Assembly (NCBI GenBank): GCA_023231475.1
Contig: JALJEE010001690.1
Coordinates: forward strand, 1 to 64,000
Length of the DNA: 64,000 nucleotides
Direction: 5' to 3'
Source: Seison nebaliae
Taxonomy: Eukaryota
Both the position numbers and the translations under genes were made by a program. How positions within the stretch are numbered: the stretch's first letter is position 1; every line of letters begins with the position of its first letter. The notes under the pieces are model-generated. The model was not told the DNA's origin. It was given only the letters and a program-made list of their open reading frames with translations, and ran no database searches. Shown here in pieces: positions 1 to 13,127 of this stretch.

Positions 1-859
1 CTATAATAGTTTTCCAAAACTATAGACGAATTGAATTTTCTGCTCGCTTTTTTTAATCGTTAATACATTCGAAATTAAAAAACAATCGGCAATTATCGTT
101 ATTGTATAATCATTTCTTAAAGAAAAATAACCATGACGACAGATCACTTCAACTCATCGTACGAAAATAGATTAGAATCGTTTAAAATATTTACACATTC
201 ATCCAACCAAAGTTTATAATAACACAGATGAATTTATAAAGAAGAAACTATTAATTTGTTTAAATATGAATTTTTTAAATAAATGAATTATTTTCGCACA
301 ATTGAAGGTATTTCATAATGTCGATCCTTCATCACGAAAGCCATTATAGGAAAATTCAAAAAGGCGAAACATCATGAGTTCGGAGACTTGCACAATTCTA
401 ATTAGTAATAATTACATCCTTATCATATATGGGAATTGGTATAAATTTTGGAGCATAAATTTGTCAGGCTAAGTTTTTTGGTTGGAAGTTGCAAGAAAAC
501 AAGTATGATTTTTTATATACTTGTCGAATCTAGGAGCGGAATTAACTTTATAGAGGAACTCACCCGCTGTTTAATTTTCGTACCGGAAAACCCTCTAATT
601 TCGGAAGGGAACTCACCCACTTTCAATATTTCGGATATCCACTCACCTTATTTTTTCAATTTTTGAGAGGATTATTTGAACCCATCGAAAATATTGAAAA
701 TCATATCATTTTAAGATAATGTAAGTTGTGATAAATAAGCAAAAATATGATTCATAAAACAATTTGACGAAAATCATCAAATTCTATCGAATATAAATGA
801 AAATTAATTACTAAATTAAGACTCTACTCTTACTCTAATTACTCTAATTAAGAGTTTAA

Positions 860-2894
860 ATTTTGGTCAAAAAAATCTTTCTTCTTTCTTCTCCGGTAAA
901 AGCGTTTCCGAAACCTTTAAAGGTAGGGAACGAAAACCTTTCGTTCGGACAAAGGCCGTCATCATTAGAAATGTCGTTCACAATACAGATTTGAATATGG
1001 TGGCAGAATCTATGCGCGATAAGGACATGCCTTTCCTCGATTTATAGAGACTTCGACTTGAGCAAATGGAATTCCGAAAGTTCTACAAAATGTTTCATCG
1101 TCAAATTTGATGAAAAGAATGCTGAAACTTTTTTCAATCCTGCAAATTGGCCGATCAACACATTTGTTCGAGAATTCTTCTTATCGAAATCCATCAATTC
1201 CTTTCTTGGTGAACGATGTGAGAAGTGGAGCCAACAACTCTTGAACAATAACAGTTCAATCCTTCCCTCGTCAATGAACAATATTGAGAATTAAAAAGAT
1301 ACGCCAATGTTATGATTTCCAACCTGTCCAGATGGAAGTAGTAGTGACAGATCTTCTAGTATTTCTATAATTTCCTTTAATTGTCATGGACCCAGCGGGT
1401 TTTTGACAGATATCTACGATCTTCTCCGATTTGGTGTCATTTTTCTTCAAGAAACTTGGCTCATGTCAATTCCGTTCTCATTTATCGATATTAATTCACG
1501 TCTCATTTTCAATTCACCTTCAATTCCTCCGAACAGTTTGAATGGAAAAGGTAAATGTTCGTCAGGCATGATCATTTTTGTTCGTAAGAACTTACAACCA
1601 ACCGAATTCCTAATTCAATCTCAACATATGTGTTCGATCATGATTTGCAATGTTCTATTAGTTAATTTTTCCGGTGATAGTTCTAACAAAATTCACAGTG
1701 TGATGATCCTAGAAGATCTCTTCACTCATGAATGTAATGGTAAAACCTTTATAATTGGGGATGATTTCAACATCTCTCCATTTGATATTGAACTAATGAT
1801 AATCAGTGGAAATAATCTTCTACACAGATTCGATTGTTCATTAATAGTATTATTATAGATGAGGAATAGATGTTTCATAAGTGAAATGTTCACAAATGCT
1901 TATGGTGTCATCAAACATAAATCAGAATCTTCTTCGTTATTTAAGATTAACAAAGGAGTCCGACAAGGTTCAATTCCCGCTCTTTGGGAAGAATTATTAA
2001 TGAAGTTCTTGTCGATGCTAACAATAACTTCTCTTTTAAAGTTGGTAATGAGAGTTTCCCATCAGTCTTCGCTTATGCTGATGACATTCTCATTTGTTGT
2101 AATAATGTGAAACAATGTAAGGAACGAATTGAATTTATTAGTTCCAAGTTATCTGAGAGATGTATCTTCTGTAATCAAGAGAAATGGAAAATCTTAACAG
2201 ACATTTACCTTTCTTCCATGTATGGGGATATGAAAAAATTAGTTGAGAAGAACGTAATTTTTCTGGGTATGACAATTGATAATATGCAGAAAAGTTCAAC
2301 GACGACCGATGAAATTAAATGTAAGTTTCTTAGATCTTTTTATTCGTTTCATCATCGTTGCAAATATTTCTCGATTGAATTGAAGATCAACTTATTCTTC
2401 ACTTACTGTTGCGATTTTTGTGAGCTGGCCGTTTCTTTGTCCAACACTAAAAAGTCCTTGCTATCTCTCGATCATACATATATATATAATTACTCTATTA
2501 TAATAGAGTAATTAGAATGGTTCTCGGTTGTTGTAAGCCATTTAATAGGGCATTTATGTTTTCTATCTGCGGATTAAAACCCTTTCCTCTTCTCATTGTT
2601 CAAAGATATTAGAAAATAATTCAGTCTACCGAGGAATCTGATTTATCATTTCCATCTTTTCTCCAGTGTAAAAATTTCTTCAATCCGTTTATCTTCTTTT
2701 GTTCTTATTATTCGATTGATGTTCCTGAATCTTTCGATGAAGCTCTTTACATTTCTTCTAACTTCGACATTACTTCTCATATTCCGGAATATCGTCATTG
2801 GAAGAAAGCTTATCAATGACAATTTTTACAGTGATCTATCTCATTTTCTTTTTAATTTACCCGGAGGGGATTTTATTTTATAATAAAAAAAAAA
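860..2894 (+). mobile_element. Decayed, internally deleted non-LTR retrotransposon (LINE; clade unresolved, CR1/L2/RTE-X-like)
   Basis: ORF1 remnant ending in FFNPANWPINTFVREF (WP..VR.F motif typical of CR1-group ORF1). APE endonuclease motifs SFNCHG, IFLQETWL and FIIGDDFN (~1370-1790). RT motifs GVRQG and FAYADDI (1955-2090) broken by stops and a frameshift. Short 3'UTR and A-tail (aataaaaaaaaaa, ~2882-2894). The C-terminal half of the endonuclease and early RT domains are missing. 5' boundary approximate. Confidence 0.85.
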
Positions 2895-3010
2895 CAATCT
2901 CGAATAAACAAAAACAAATTTATATATATATATATATCGATTTTATATAGAGTAACCTTTTTAGTTCATCATTCTGGATATTTTATAATTTTTAAATTTG
3001 ACTTTTGATA

Positions 3011-3697
3011 ATGTGTGAAAACTTCATATTATTTGGATTGAGTATTATGATAGTATTATCGAATTGTGAAGATACTCGGAGAGTATTTTTTAATAAGACA
3101 AGTGGCAATAGAAAATTCTCTTTAAGTAACAATATAAAGGAAATTGGAAGATGTGCATCGGATTCAGAATGTGATGGTTTGGATGTTAATGGGGAATGTT
3201 CACGTAACGGTCCGAACAAATCTTGGGAAAAAACTTTTTCCGCTGAAGAATGTGAGGAGTGGGATAGACCTTCCATAGATATGTCACTGGACTTTGTTAT
3301 GGGAAAGTTCTTTAATGTAGATAAATTCTTTGGGCGAACGTGGCAAGAATATAAATGTGGTTTTTATGATGATAAAGAAAATTTTTATTTGGGAAATGAA
3401 TTTCTTCGTAACTTCGTTCAGGAAAAGAATGTACAATCGTTAATTTTCGAAAATCGTAATATTCGATATCGTTATGAAGATCCAATTATTGATTCTGAAG
3501 AGAATGGTTATGTTATTATTACAAATTCATCTCATTCAAGAACCGATAAATTTATAACGAAAGATAGGAATGGCGGAATTGTTTGTCCAGAAGATGCATA
3601 CTATGGATTTTGGAATCGAAAATGTCATCTTACAATTTTAAATGGATTAAATGTTAAATACATTCTAATTACAATATTCCAATATATAGACCACTAA
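3011..3697 (+). CDS. Uncharacterised Cys-containing, probably secreted protein (~230 aa)
   Basis: Open frame from ATG 3011 with hydrophobic N-terminus (MCENFILFGLSIMIVLSNC) and several Cys. No family recognised. A possible short GTT..TAG intron near 3653-3689 could change the C-terminus. Confidence 0.5.
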   Translation: MCENFILFGLSIMIVLSNCEDTRRVFFNKTSGNRKFSLSNNIKEIGRCASDSECDGLDVNGECSRNGPNKSWEKTFSAEECEEWDRPSIDMSLDFVMGKFFNVDKFFGRTWQEYKCGFYDDKENFYLGNEFLRNFVQEKNVQSLIFENRNIRYRYEDPIIDSEENGYVIITNSSHSRTDKFITKDRNGGIVCPEDAYYGFWNRKCHLTILNGLNVKYILITIFQYIDH

Positions 3698-4588
3698 CAA
3701 TAGACCCAAATTTATTTACTAATTTATCTAACAGGAATTTCCTTAATAAGTAATGTTGTTTATTATTATTAATTGATATTTAATATTATCTAATAAATTA
3801 ATATTATAATTCAAACATAAATTTTGAACATCATAAATACGGTAAAAACTTAGAGTAGTCGAACACTTTAGGGGTTTTATAAAACAGATCATAACTTCTG
3901 TTTAATTAAATGTCTTTTAAGAGGTTGCATATCATAAAATAGCCATCTTCAAGCTCTTTAAGATAGTGAAAAAAAAGTTTTGAACGCATTAACAGTAGGT
4001 CTGTTAATTTAACAGGGCATTTTCGATAACAGTTCGGTTTTCTTTCTGGATCATACTTGGAAAATAGAGCCTAAATTATTTTCAATCGTAGTTTCAGTTA
4101 TTGAGATCACCACCATCGAAAACGTCAGTGTTACTGTTTATCATCAGCTGTTTAGTTTACTTAAAATATTATTTACTCATTTTTCTCATTTATATCATGA
4201 AGATTTTAAATACCATTGGTACATTGAAATATTTTCGTTTACAAACATAGCGAAGTGTCAATTTGCATTTATCAAATAAAATTTTAGATTATTAGTAGAG
4301 GTAGAGAATAGAAAAGATGTTGAACAAAAAGTAGAACATTAATGTAGATATCTTAATAACTCTAAACTAATACCTAATACCGTAGGGCCTACGGTATGTA
4401 TGATAAAACTTTTTTGAAACCACCTGTTAGTTGAAGTAGGAGTCTCATATTAAAACATTTTATTTTTTTGAAAAAATGCATGATTATGTAAATATGTGTT
4501 GAATGTTGTTTGTTTTCGAAGATGTAAAGGACCAAGATGTATGAGAAGATAAGAAAAGATGAAGTAGTTGATAAATTAAGTAATACTG

Positions 4589-7500
4589 CTAATTAATTGT
4601 TGTATTCGATTGAACATTATCCGGAGGCAATTTTGTCAAATAATTACCGAGTAGCAAATTTGAATTACTGTTGTTACTATTAATTGTAACATTGACATTC
4701 CCATTCAAACTTGCATTGTTGTTGTTGTTCTGGTTGGCATGAATTTGATGAGTTGAATTATTCATAATATTATTAATATCATTTGGCATCTTCAAGTAAT
4801 CGACAGTCTCATTTTTAGTGTTGTTGTTATTGTTATTATTTGAAATGTTATTACAACTGCTTTCTCCAGATGAAAGATTGGTCGTATTAGGTAAATTTTG
4901 TACGTTTTGGTTAAGTTGATTCATGATATTTAATCCGTTGTTCAATGTACCACTAGTGGTGACTATATTGGGATTGTACAAAGTAGTTGGATCACTCATA
5001 TAATGATTGTTCGAATAATTTAAATTGGGTTGCAACATTTTCAATAATTCCATCGTTACTTGTCTTCCGTTCATGTCAGTGCCATTTCCATAGGACAACG
5101 AACCTCCGAGATGGTTTATGGTGTTTAGAGAATTATCCGGTGTCGTACTTGACAAATTTAACAGATTTCCGAATTGTGGACCGATATTAGAAGAATAAGT
5201 ACTTTGTGACATAAAACGACGATCTCCAAACTCATTAAATTTGATTGGTAATGAGTAATCTATCAAATTTCTATTCTCGTCCGTATAGTAGTTGTGAGGT
5301 ATTTTCCGAGCGGTCGGGTCATAATTGGACGATAATGGCAATAATGTCGCGGAGAAGTCAGGTATTTGAAGTACTAGAATAAAAAATGCTAGGGAAAATT
5401 TCATAAGAAATATTAACACTGCAAATTGACCCCAAACATTTTTAAAGTGAAAAATGCAGCGATCTCCTTCGCATCCTGTGCCATTGGCACCGGATTCACA
5501 GTATAACCATAGACTTTACCACAGAGCGTTACGGTACAATGATAGACCTTCGTATTATTCTCCCCATCTAATGGTTGTAAGTCATATTTGGGGGTGATCA
5601 ATAATTTTTGTTGACAATAGAGTTCCAGAGCCTATAGAAATTACGAAAAATTTAAGAAGAAAATTAGTAGGAAATACAATTCCATTTGACATATTATACA
5701 GTTTTCAATAGAAAGTGGCAAATAATTAAGTTAATGGAAACGATGAAGCGTTAATGAAGAGGAAGCTGAGTAAATAATGTGGGGGAGGTGTGGAGGGAGA
5801 GAGAGACATGCGAAGATAATTGACAGAAACTAACTGCACAACAAGTGCATTTATTGTGATTTGTTAAGCTCTTCGATAGATAAGATATGATTTGGTCCAA
5901 ATTAGATGGTGATGCATTATTAGACAAGTCGATTAATTCAGGAATAGTAGAAGAACGCATTGGATGGTTGGTTCTTGGCTGTGTCATCGGATATGGCATT
6001 GACTGTAATCGAGATGTGGCTAAATAATTTCGACGAATCACCGAATTATTCGTTCCATTGTCATTGATAAAAGTTTGGGGTAGTATTCCTTGAGTATTCG
6101 CCAATTTTAAAAGTAGATTTTCATTAGATGATAAAAGGGAGTAATCAGTCTACAGAGAATCGTTATATAGATCATAATGAATGGTTGGATATTAAATGAC
6201 GAGAAATAAAAAAGTTTTCGGTCAGTAAAAATTTCAAAAATTTTCCATATAGAACAATTTGAAGGAACAAAAAATCGGATTTCCATACGAACAACAAGAG
6301 AATTGTGGAAAGATAAAATTTAATTAAATTTCACTCATTCAATAGAAAGTTATTAGAATCTTTTTTCCTTTCCGTAAAAAATCAACAGACAATTACTATA
6401 AAAATCATCTCCAAATGAATCTGATGACAATCGTCACATATTCCAAAGAACAGAGACTAAGAGGAGAATGTCGATATACTGACCTTCGGAGCTAACGGCA
6501 AGATATCATCGAATGCTACATTGCGAAATGAATCTGAAATTTAAAAAATTTTAAATTCTTCACAATTAACAAATTAAACATCTTCCTTGTTGCGCCCTAA
6601 AATAATAAATATTTATTTTAAACGATTACAAAGGAATTGAAACATCTGTCGAAGTTGTTGATCTTGTTTGGCGAGTGCTTTCGATTCGCGAATGGTAGTG
6701 AGAACCTGTTCATTCTTTTCTACCGGTTTCGCCAATTCAATTTCCACGACGGAATTCCCGATCATTTTATCTATGAGAAATTCGATTAATTCCATGAGAT
6801 GATGAAATCAATTCAAACTGTTCAAATATTCAATTGCTTTACATGCGTCTTCTCGTTCTTTGAAATGGACGAAAGCATAATCTCGAAGGACTCGTACACG
6901 TTCGATACAATCCGTTTTCCCAAGGACGTTTTGGATTGTACTTTGAATTAATTCGTTCGATGTGTTTGGCATGAGATTTCTAATGTAGATATTTCTTACT
7001 TTTTTCATAGTTTCGGGATCGACCTTATTTTCTGGCTCGGCCCAATCCACTGCCACTTCATTCGTCCACAATGTAAATGGTTTCTCTTGCAATTTCTTCC
7101 TTCCCAAGGCTGCTTGTCGATGTGTGGCGTATTCGACAAATGCGAATCCACGATTCTTTTTCCTGTCATCCATTAAGGGATAAACGATGGCTTTCACTAC
7201 ACCCTCCGTATGTTTTTTCATTTCCAAATAAATGTCATTACTGTTCTTGAGCTTAGGTATTCCACCGATAAATAACCGTTTCGTATCATGAATGTGCAAG
7301 ACGGTAACTGTACAATTCTCTCTAATCTGTTTGCCGTGCAATTTCTCCACAACCAAATCGGCTTGCTTCTTTGTCGATAGAGTAGCGAACGCGTAACATT
7401 TCGATAATTGATTCGCTTCAGTCATCAATCTCAACTCGTATAACTTGACGTTCTCTTGCGTAATAAATTTAATTATTTCATTCTCATAACAATTGGGAGG

Positions 7501-7737
7501 TAGTAAGCCTAAGATAATCTCACAACCTTCTTCGGGTGGATGATCTACCCAATTGGACGGAGGTCCTCCACATCGACGTTGACCATTATCCTTTTTCAAA
7601 GGACATCCAACTGATCGACAATATTGTTCAACAATCGCATCTCGACCTGCATTATCATTCATCGATGATAAAGTAGATTGGAATTGTTGTTGTTGTTGTC
7701 GTGGTTCGTATGATGGATCGAGATAAGACAAATTCAT
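4589..7737 (-). CDS. RBM46/RBM47/A1CF (dead-end/hnRNP-Q-related) RNA-binding protein: 3 RRMs, dsRBM-like domain, Asn-rich tail; 7 exons
   Basis: Family motifs GQRRCGGPP, KRLFIGGIPK, KNRGFAFVEY, VAVDWAEPE and LRDYAFVHF, plus LELYCQQKLLITPKYDL resembling the family's dsRBM-like domain. No long hnRNP Q/R N-terminal domain. Inferred introns 6771-6818, 6597-6643, 6534-6579, 6150-6483, 5632-5834 and 5374-5417 give one open frame. Confidence 0.85.
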
Positions 7738-10173
7738 TAAAAGAATATTTTGAAAAATAATTAATTTGAATTTCTAGATGTCTGTCACTCGTTCCGATTG
7801 TTCACAAAAATAATAATAATTTGTTGTTGTTCTATTTAAAATTTATTAGAACGTTAAATAATCATTTCTTTCTCTTCAACTAAATTTGCTGCCATAAATC
7901 ATTTATCATCTTTTCTTTTTCCCAATGTTTTTTTTTCGCAATATCTCAATGGAACAAACTTTTCTAATTCGAAATAAACAATCACTCAGTGATGGTTTGA
8001 AGAGAATTCTAATGGAAAAATTTATAATGAAAATAAGATAAGATAGTGGGGGATTGAGTTGACAATGAATGATTTATGTGAATCATTCATGCCAAGTAGT
8101 TGAGAGGGGGAGAAGTTAATGATAAATTCTTCGATTATTCATTAAGTTTCTACTAGTCATTCTCGGATTGTGTGCAGGGGAGATAATAAAAAGTTTTGTT
8201 GGATGGAAGTTGTGTTGAGGGGAAGAGAATGAAAAGAATCTGAATAATTTGATGAGAAGAAGATCATGTCCTAAAGTTCAATCTATCTTCTTTTGTCTTC
8301 GGTATTTACGCTAATTCTACTGAGCTGATTTGGTCAAAGTCTTTTATTTCATCATTCCAAAGAGACGTCCTACACAAATTATTTAATTATTTCTCACTCA
8401 AACACTACGGGTGGGGAGTATGTTTGGAGAGTTGTGAAAATGTATACGGCGTCGCATTATTTCTGAGCCATCTCTCCAGCGAGAATAGATGTTAGAATTA
8501 TATAGGAACACTGTTGAACTCGAACATTAAATTCGATGTAAACATTTGAAACTGACACCAGAATTGTGTAAAAAGGGAAATTCTTTTTCGTTGATAGAGT
8601 TCAATTAAAAACAGTAATCATGAATAACCATATGAAGAACATTTAAAATATATGAAATATATAAATATATGAGAGATAAGAGAGACACATGATGGATAGT
8701 CGAATTGTTTACATAATGTTTCTTTATTTAATTTGGAGGAATAAATAATTTAAAAATAATATTTTTAATTTCGTTTCACACTCGTTCGGTCAAATCGACG
8801 AGCATGTTAGTGGAAGAGACGTCAAACGAAGTACTTGATATGGGAAAGATTTTAATTGATATGAATAAAATTTAATGTGGTTGGAGGAAGAGGGATATTA
8901 TACGAAGAATTTGATCCGAAAACCATATTTTTGACGTATACTCCATTCTCTGGGAAACTTCCGAAGTACTTATGAAAAAACAAATTGCCATTCAATACCA
9001 ATCCAACAACGTGAAGAAACAATAAACAATCAACTCAATAACGCGAATAATAAATCGACTTCCACCCAAATTCCATAGAAAACGGAAAAATTGTACCAAG
9101 TCAAATTGAAGTTAATTCAATTTATATTTTATGTAAATTAGTATTGGCGTTCATTGATACGTCTCCTCTCATCCACTCATACGTGTAAACATTACGACGG
9201 TTCCGTCGATGACGAGTAGAATATCAATTAATCAACGACGTAACTCCAAATTCTTGCACTAACATCGAATGAATAATCTCAAAAATATTATTTAAAAAAA
9301 TCTCAAAAATAATAAAATATAATTATTTGAAAAAAAATTTCAAAAATTTTTTTGGAGAATTATTTGAATTGTCACTCAATCCCTTCTGAATATATTGATG
9401 GTTTTTATGATGATTTTAGTGAATTAGTGGGAATTATAAAAATGATACATAAGTTTTAATATGAATCGAGTTTAAACGGAACAAGAGCAACAAGAAAGAT
9501 GATTGGTAAATGTCTTGAACACGTACCCGTCAACATGATATGTGGACTAGCATATTCTATTCGATTTAATTCATTTCTAACGAACACATCCAAATTTACA
9601 TACGAACAAGTAATAAAGTTGAAAGAGAATTAATTTCTAATTTTTCCAAGTAGTTTCCTTCATCAGAATTTTACCGATCTAACATCAAATTCACATGAGA
9701 GAGAAGCATTACACTTGATAGTCAATTCGTCTCTCTCCATCACGACTTGTCTAATGTTCGTTCATTGCTCATAGGTCTGGTCGACATTTAACTTCGCTCC
9801 GCACGTACATAGTGAGAGGGGGGAAACGTTTTCTCCAAAAAAACAAAAACGAAGAGCTTTTCCCAATTATTTCAAGGAGAAGATTTCCACAACGAGAATG
9901 TTAATTCTTCCAACTTCTCTTCATCTTCGACAACTACATGAGAAAGAATGTTCTCCAAAACACAAATTAATCGTCACGTAAATTATATTCGAATTCATTC
10001 CGATGCACATGTATCAGATCTTCTCTATTCTCAACTTTTCTTCATCTGATATTTTCTGCCTTATCTTCCTCATTATTCACCGTCATCATTCTCGTCGTCG
10101 TTACTATAGAAATTATTTCGACTATTTTTCTGACCAAACCGGAACAATTAAAAGATTGCATGTCCACGAATTT

Positions 10174-11476
10174 TTAATGAGACAATGCATCGTTAATTAC
10201 TTTCAGATAATTCTCTTCCGTCTTCAACTTCTTACCTCTTTTTTCATAATTCGGATGCCACGTCACTTCTACCTCATCAGTCCGGAAACGTTGGCAAATG
10301 CATGTGTCACTTATCAAATGTTTCACTCCATTCTCGTACATCAATAAACCAGCTTGAGCGATCATTGCACCATTATCAATACAAAATCGTTCGTCTGTTG
10401 CGAACAATCTTCCTCCACGTTCTTTACACATTAGATCCATCATTTCTTGCAATCTCTTATTACAACCAACACCACCAACAATTAGAACATCACTCGAACC
10501 GACATGTGCCATCGCTCGTTCTATTTATAATGAATTGAATTTAAATTGATTTGATATGAATCAAATTTAAAAATTTTTTAAATAAAAACCAGTTATTTCA
10601 ATTAACATCGAGAAAATGGTTTCTTGGAGAGAGTAACACAAATCCTCTTTCGTATATTCACCTTTCTCATACAATTTCATTCCTTTTGTCTATTCATATA
10701 AGAAAATGATGATGAAAAAAATGGAAAAAACGGAACTTGAATGAAAGTGAGAATTCCACTCGTCGAAACGTCCATTCCCTTCACACTATACGGTAATTTC
10801 AAATATTTCTTTCCTCTATATAAATTGAAGAAAAGTTCCAGAAAGGAAAATAAAGAGAAGAAACTTTTTCGCCATTTGTTCGATATTGTAACCGGGAGAC
10901 GGCACATTCGACAACTACAAAATAAAATATAATTTTCAAAATTTTAAATTTTAAATTAATTTTAACTTTTATAATTCTGGCAAACTTGTCTAAACAATTT
11001 CCGACGGCTGTATCGAGTGTCTCACCAAAAATCTGATATCGGTCAACGGAAAATGCAATGATTTGTGTATTGCCACCACTCGCGTATAAGATAACCGGAT
11101 TCTCCGCCTTCGTTATCATTCGACCCATTTCAATGTGACCAATACAATGATTAACACCCAATATTGGTTTATCGAATAATTGAGATAAGGTCCTGGCAAC
11201 AACTGCCACATTTGCCAATGGAGCTCCCATTCCCGGTCCTTTTGTAAAACAGATAACATCAATGTTTTCCATAGTCATATTGGCATCCGTTAATGCTGCT
11301 TCAATCAAAGGAAGCACATGTTGTGCGTGATGTTTGGCAGTAGGAGAAGGTTGAAATCCTTCACCGATCGGTGCAGAATAAGTTCGACGAACATTAGCCA
11401 ATACTTCACCTTGAGATGAAATTATCCCGATTCCTATTTTATTAGCGCTACCTTCCAAACCCATTGCAATTGTCAT
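10174..11476 (-). CDS. OSGEP: tRNA N6-threonylcarbamoyladenosine transferase OSGEP/Kae1 (KEOPS); 5 exons
   Basis: [90 protein letters not shown]. Four short GTT..AG introns restore the frame. Confidence 0.97.
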
Positions 11477-11798
11477 GTTGAAAACAATTAAGAAAATTAT
11501 GCAAAATTTTCATGTTTTATTTAAGCCGAAAATTTAAAAAGAAAATTCAAATTTCTCAAAAGAAAAAATTCAATAAGATTTCTCATAAAATGGTCGTGAT
11601 AGAAGTCACAATTTATTAAACTGATATAATTATTATTTTTGATAAAACATTTCGATTATTTTTATAAGCCAAAATTTTGAATTTGAGTTTTTTTGAAAAT
11701 TAAGAATGAATGTTCGAAGTGGGAATAAATGTTATCGTGGGCTGAAGGAATGATGGAATGCGGTCTTCTACATTCGAAAAAGACTAATATTGGTCAGT

Positions 11799-13127
11799 AT
11801 GTTGTTGAAGCAACTACATCAGAATTTCCGAGTGCTCTATCGGTGCAAATCTCGTGCAGAATATCAATGTTTATTTCCTCATACGAAAAAGTTCACCGGA
11901 GTTCAACTTCACAAAACGAATTCGGAAGAGAAGAATTTTGTAAAGATTTCTGAGCAATCGATATCGATTGATGATATGATTGATTGCTCGAATAATGTCC
12001 AAAGTTCTCTAACTCCGAACATCATCGATAATCAATCTGCCTCACCATCAAATGTGTCGATCAATCAATCTAAATCGACGAGTCGAGAACCATATGTCAT
12101 TTTAAAGTTAATTGCTGCTACAATTAATCCGTCGGATGTTAATACGATCGAAGGGACATATCCGAAGAAATATCAGAAAACGAACATTTTGGGTAACGAA
12201 GGAGTCTTCAAAGTGATCGCTAGACATCATGATTCGATTCATACACTTGGTGATTGGGTAGTTCCTCGAATAACATCTTTCGGTACATGGCGAACTTATG
12301 TTCTTTGTGCTGATTCCGATTTGAATGTTCTACATCGTTCAGCTGGTGCTATTTATCGAACTCGACAAATTACACAACGATCATCAGTGGAAGATCATGA
12401 ATATGATCAGAAAATGTCATCAGCAACTGAAATAATTAATAAAATTCCATTAGAAGCTGCTGCTACTTTAAGAATTAATCCAGGAACAGCATGGCGATTA
12501 TTGAGAGATTTTATTCGTTTGAAGCCGAATGACTCATTTATTCAAAATTGTTCAACAAGTGCTTGTGGACAAGCAGCAATTCAATTGAGTAAAATTTGGA
12601 CATATCAATCAATAAATATCATTCGGACTGATCGTGACTCAGAAAATTTAAGGAAATATTTGATGTCGTTAGGTGCTACATACATTTTTACGGAAAAGGA
12701 ATTAAATGGAATTTGTAAATTGCCGATAAATAAACGTCCATTTCCACCACCCAAACTCGCATTAAATGGAGTTGGTGGACGAGTGGTGGGAGATATGGCG
12801 AGAGTTATGGATGAATCTGGTGCCATCGTTACATATGGAGGAATGTCGAAACAACCACCAATTGTAAATACTTCAGATTTGATTTTCAAAAATATTTCAT
12901 TGCAAGGATTCTGGTTCACTCGATGGAGGAATGATACTATCAATACAATCGAGAGTGAAGCAATGTTTCGACAATTGATAACGATGTCACGTCGTTCTAA
13001 ATTGAAGGCACCTCTCACTAACAAGTTCTCTCTAGAAAATATTCATGACGCTATCCAATACTATAATTCCAACGATTATTATAACGACGATATTCCGATA
13101 AAGAAGAAAATTTTGTTGATTCCATAA
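11799..13127 (+). CDS. MECR: Mitochondrial trans-2-enoyl-CoA/ACP reductase (MDR family), intronless
   Basis: ATINPSDVNTIEGTYP, GNEGV, GTWRT, AATLRINPGTAWRLL, LALNGVGG, VTYGGMSKQP, LIFKNISLQGFW. Basic N-terminus compatible with a presequence. Confidence 0.92.
   Translation: MLLKQLHQNFRVLYRCKSRAEYQCLFPHTKKFTGVQLHKTNSEEKNFVKISEQSISIDDMIDCSNNVQSSLTPNIIDNQSASPSNVSINQSKSTSREPYVILKLIAATINPSDVNTIEGTYPKKYQKTNILGNEGVFKVIARHHDSIHTLGDWVVPRITSFGTWRTYVLCADSDLNVLHRSAGAIYRTRQITQRSSVEDHEYDQKMSSATEIINKIPLEAAATLRINPGTAWRLLRDFIRLKPNDSFIQNCSTSACGQAAIQLSKIWTYQSINIIRTDRDSENLRKYLMSLGATYIFTEKELNGICKLPINKRPFPPPKLALNGVGGRVVGDMARVMDESGAIVTYGGMSKQPPIVNTSDLIFKNISLQGFWFTRWRNDTINTIESEAMFRQLITMSRRSKLKAPLTNKFSLENIHDAIQYYNSNDYYNDDIPIKKKILLIP

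Noticed and set aside
550..655. Three ACTCACC-containing motifs
   Set aside because: Possibly subterminal repeats of an old element, but no TIR partner or TSD was found.
12605..13024. Antisense ORF in MECR (similar ones in coronin, GLD-2-like, otopetrin and MEX-3)
   Set aside because: Shadow frames of real genes with no recognisable motifs.
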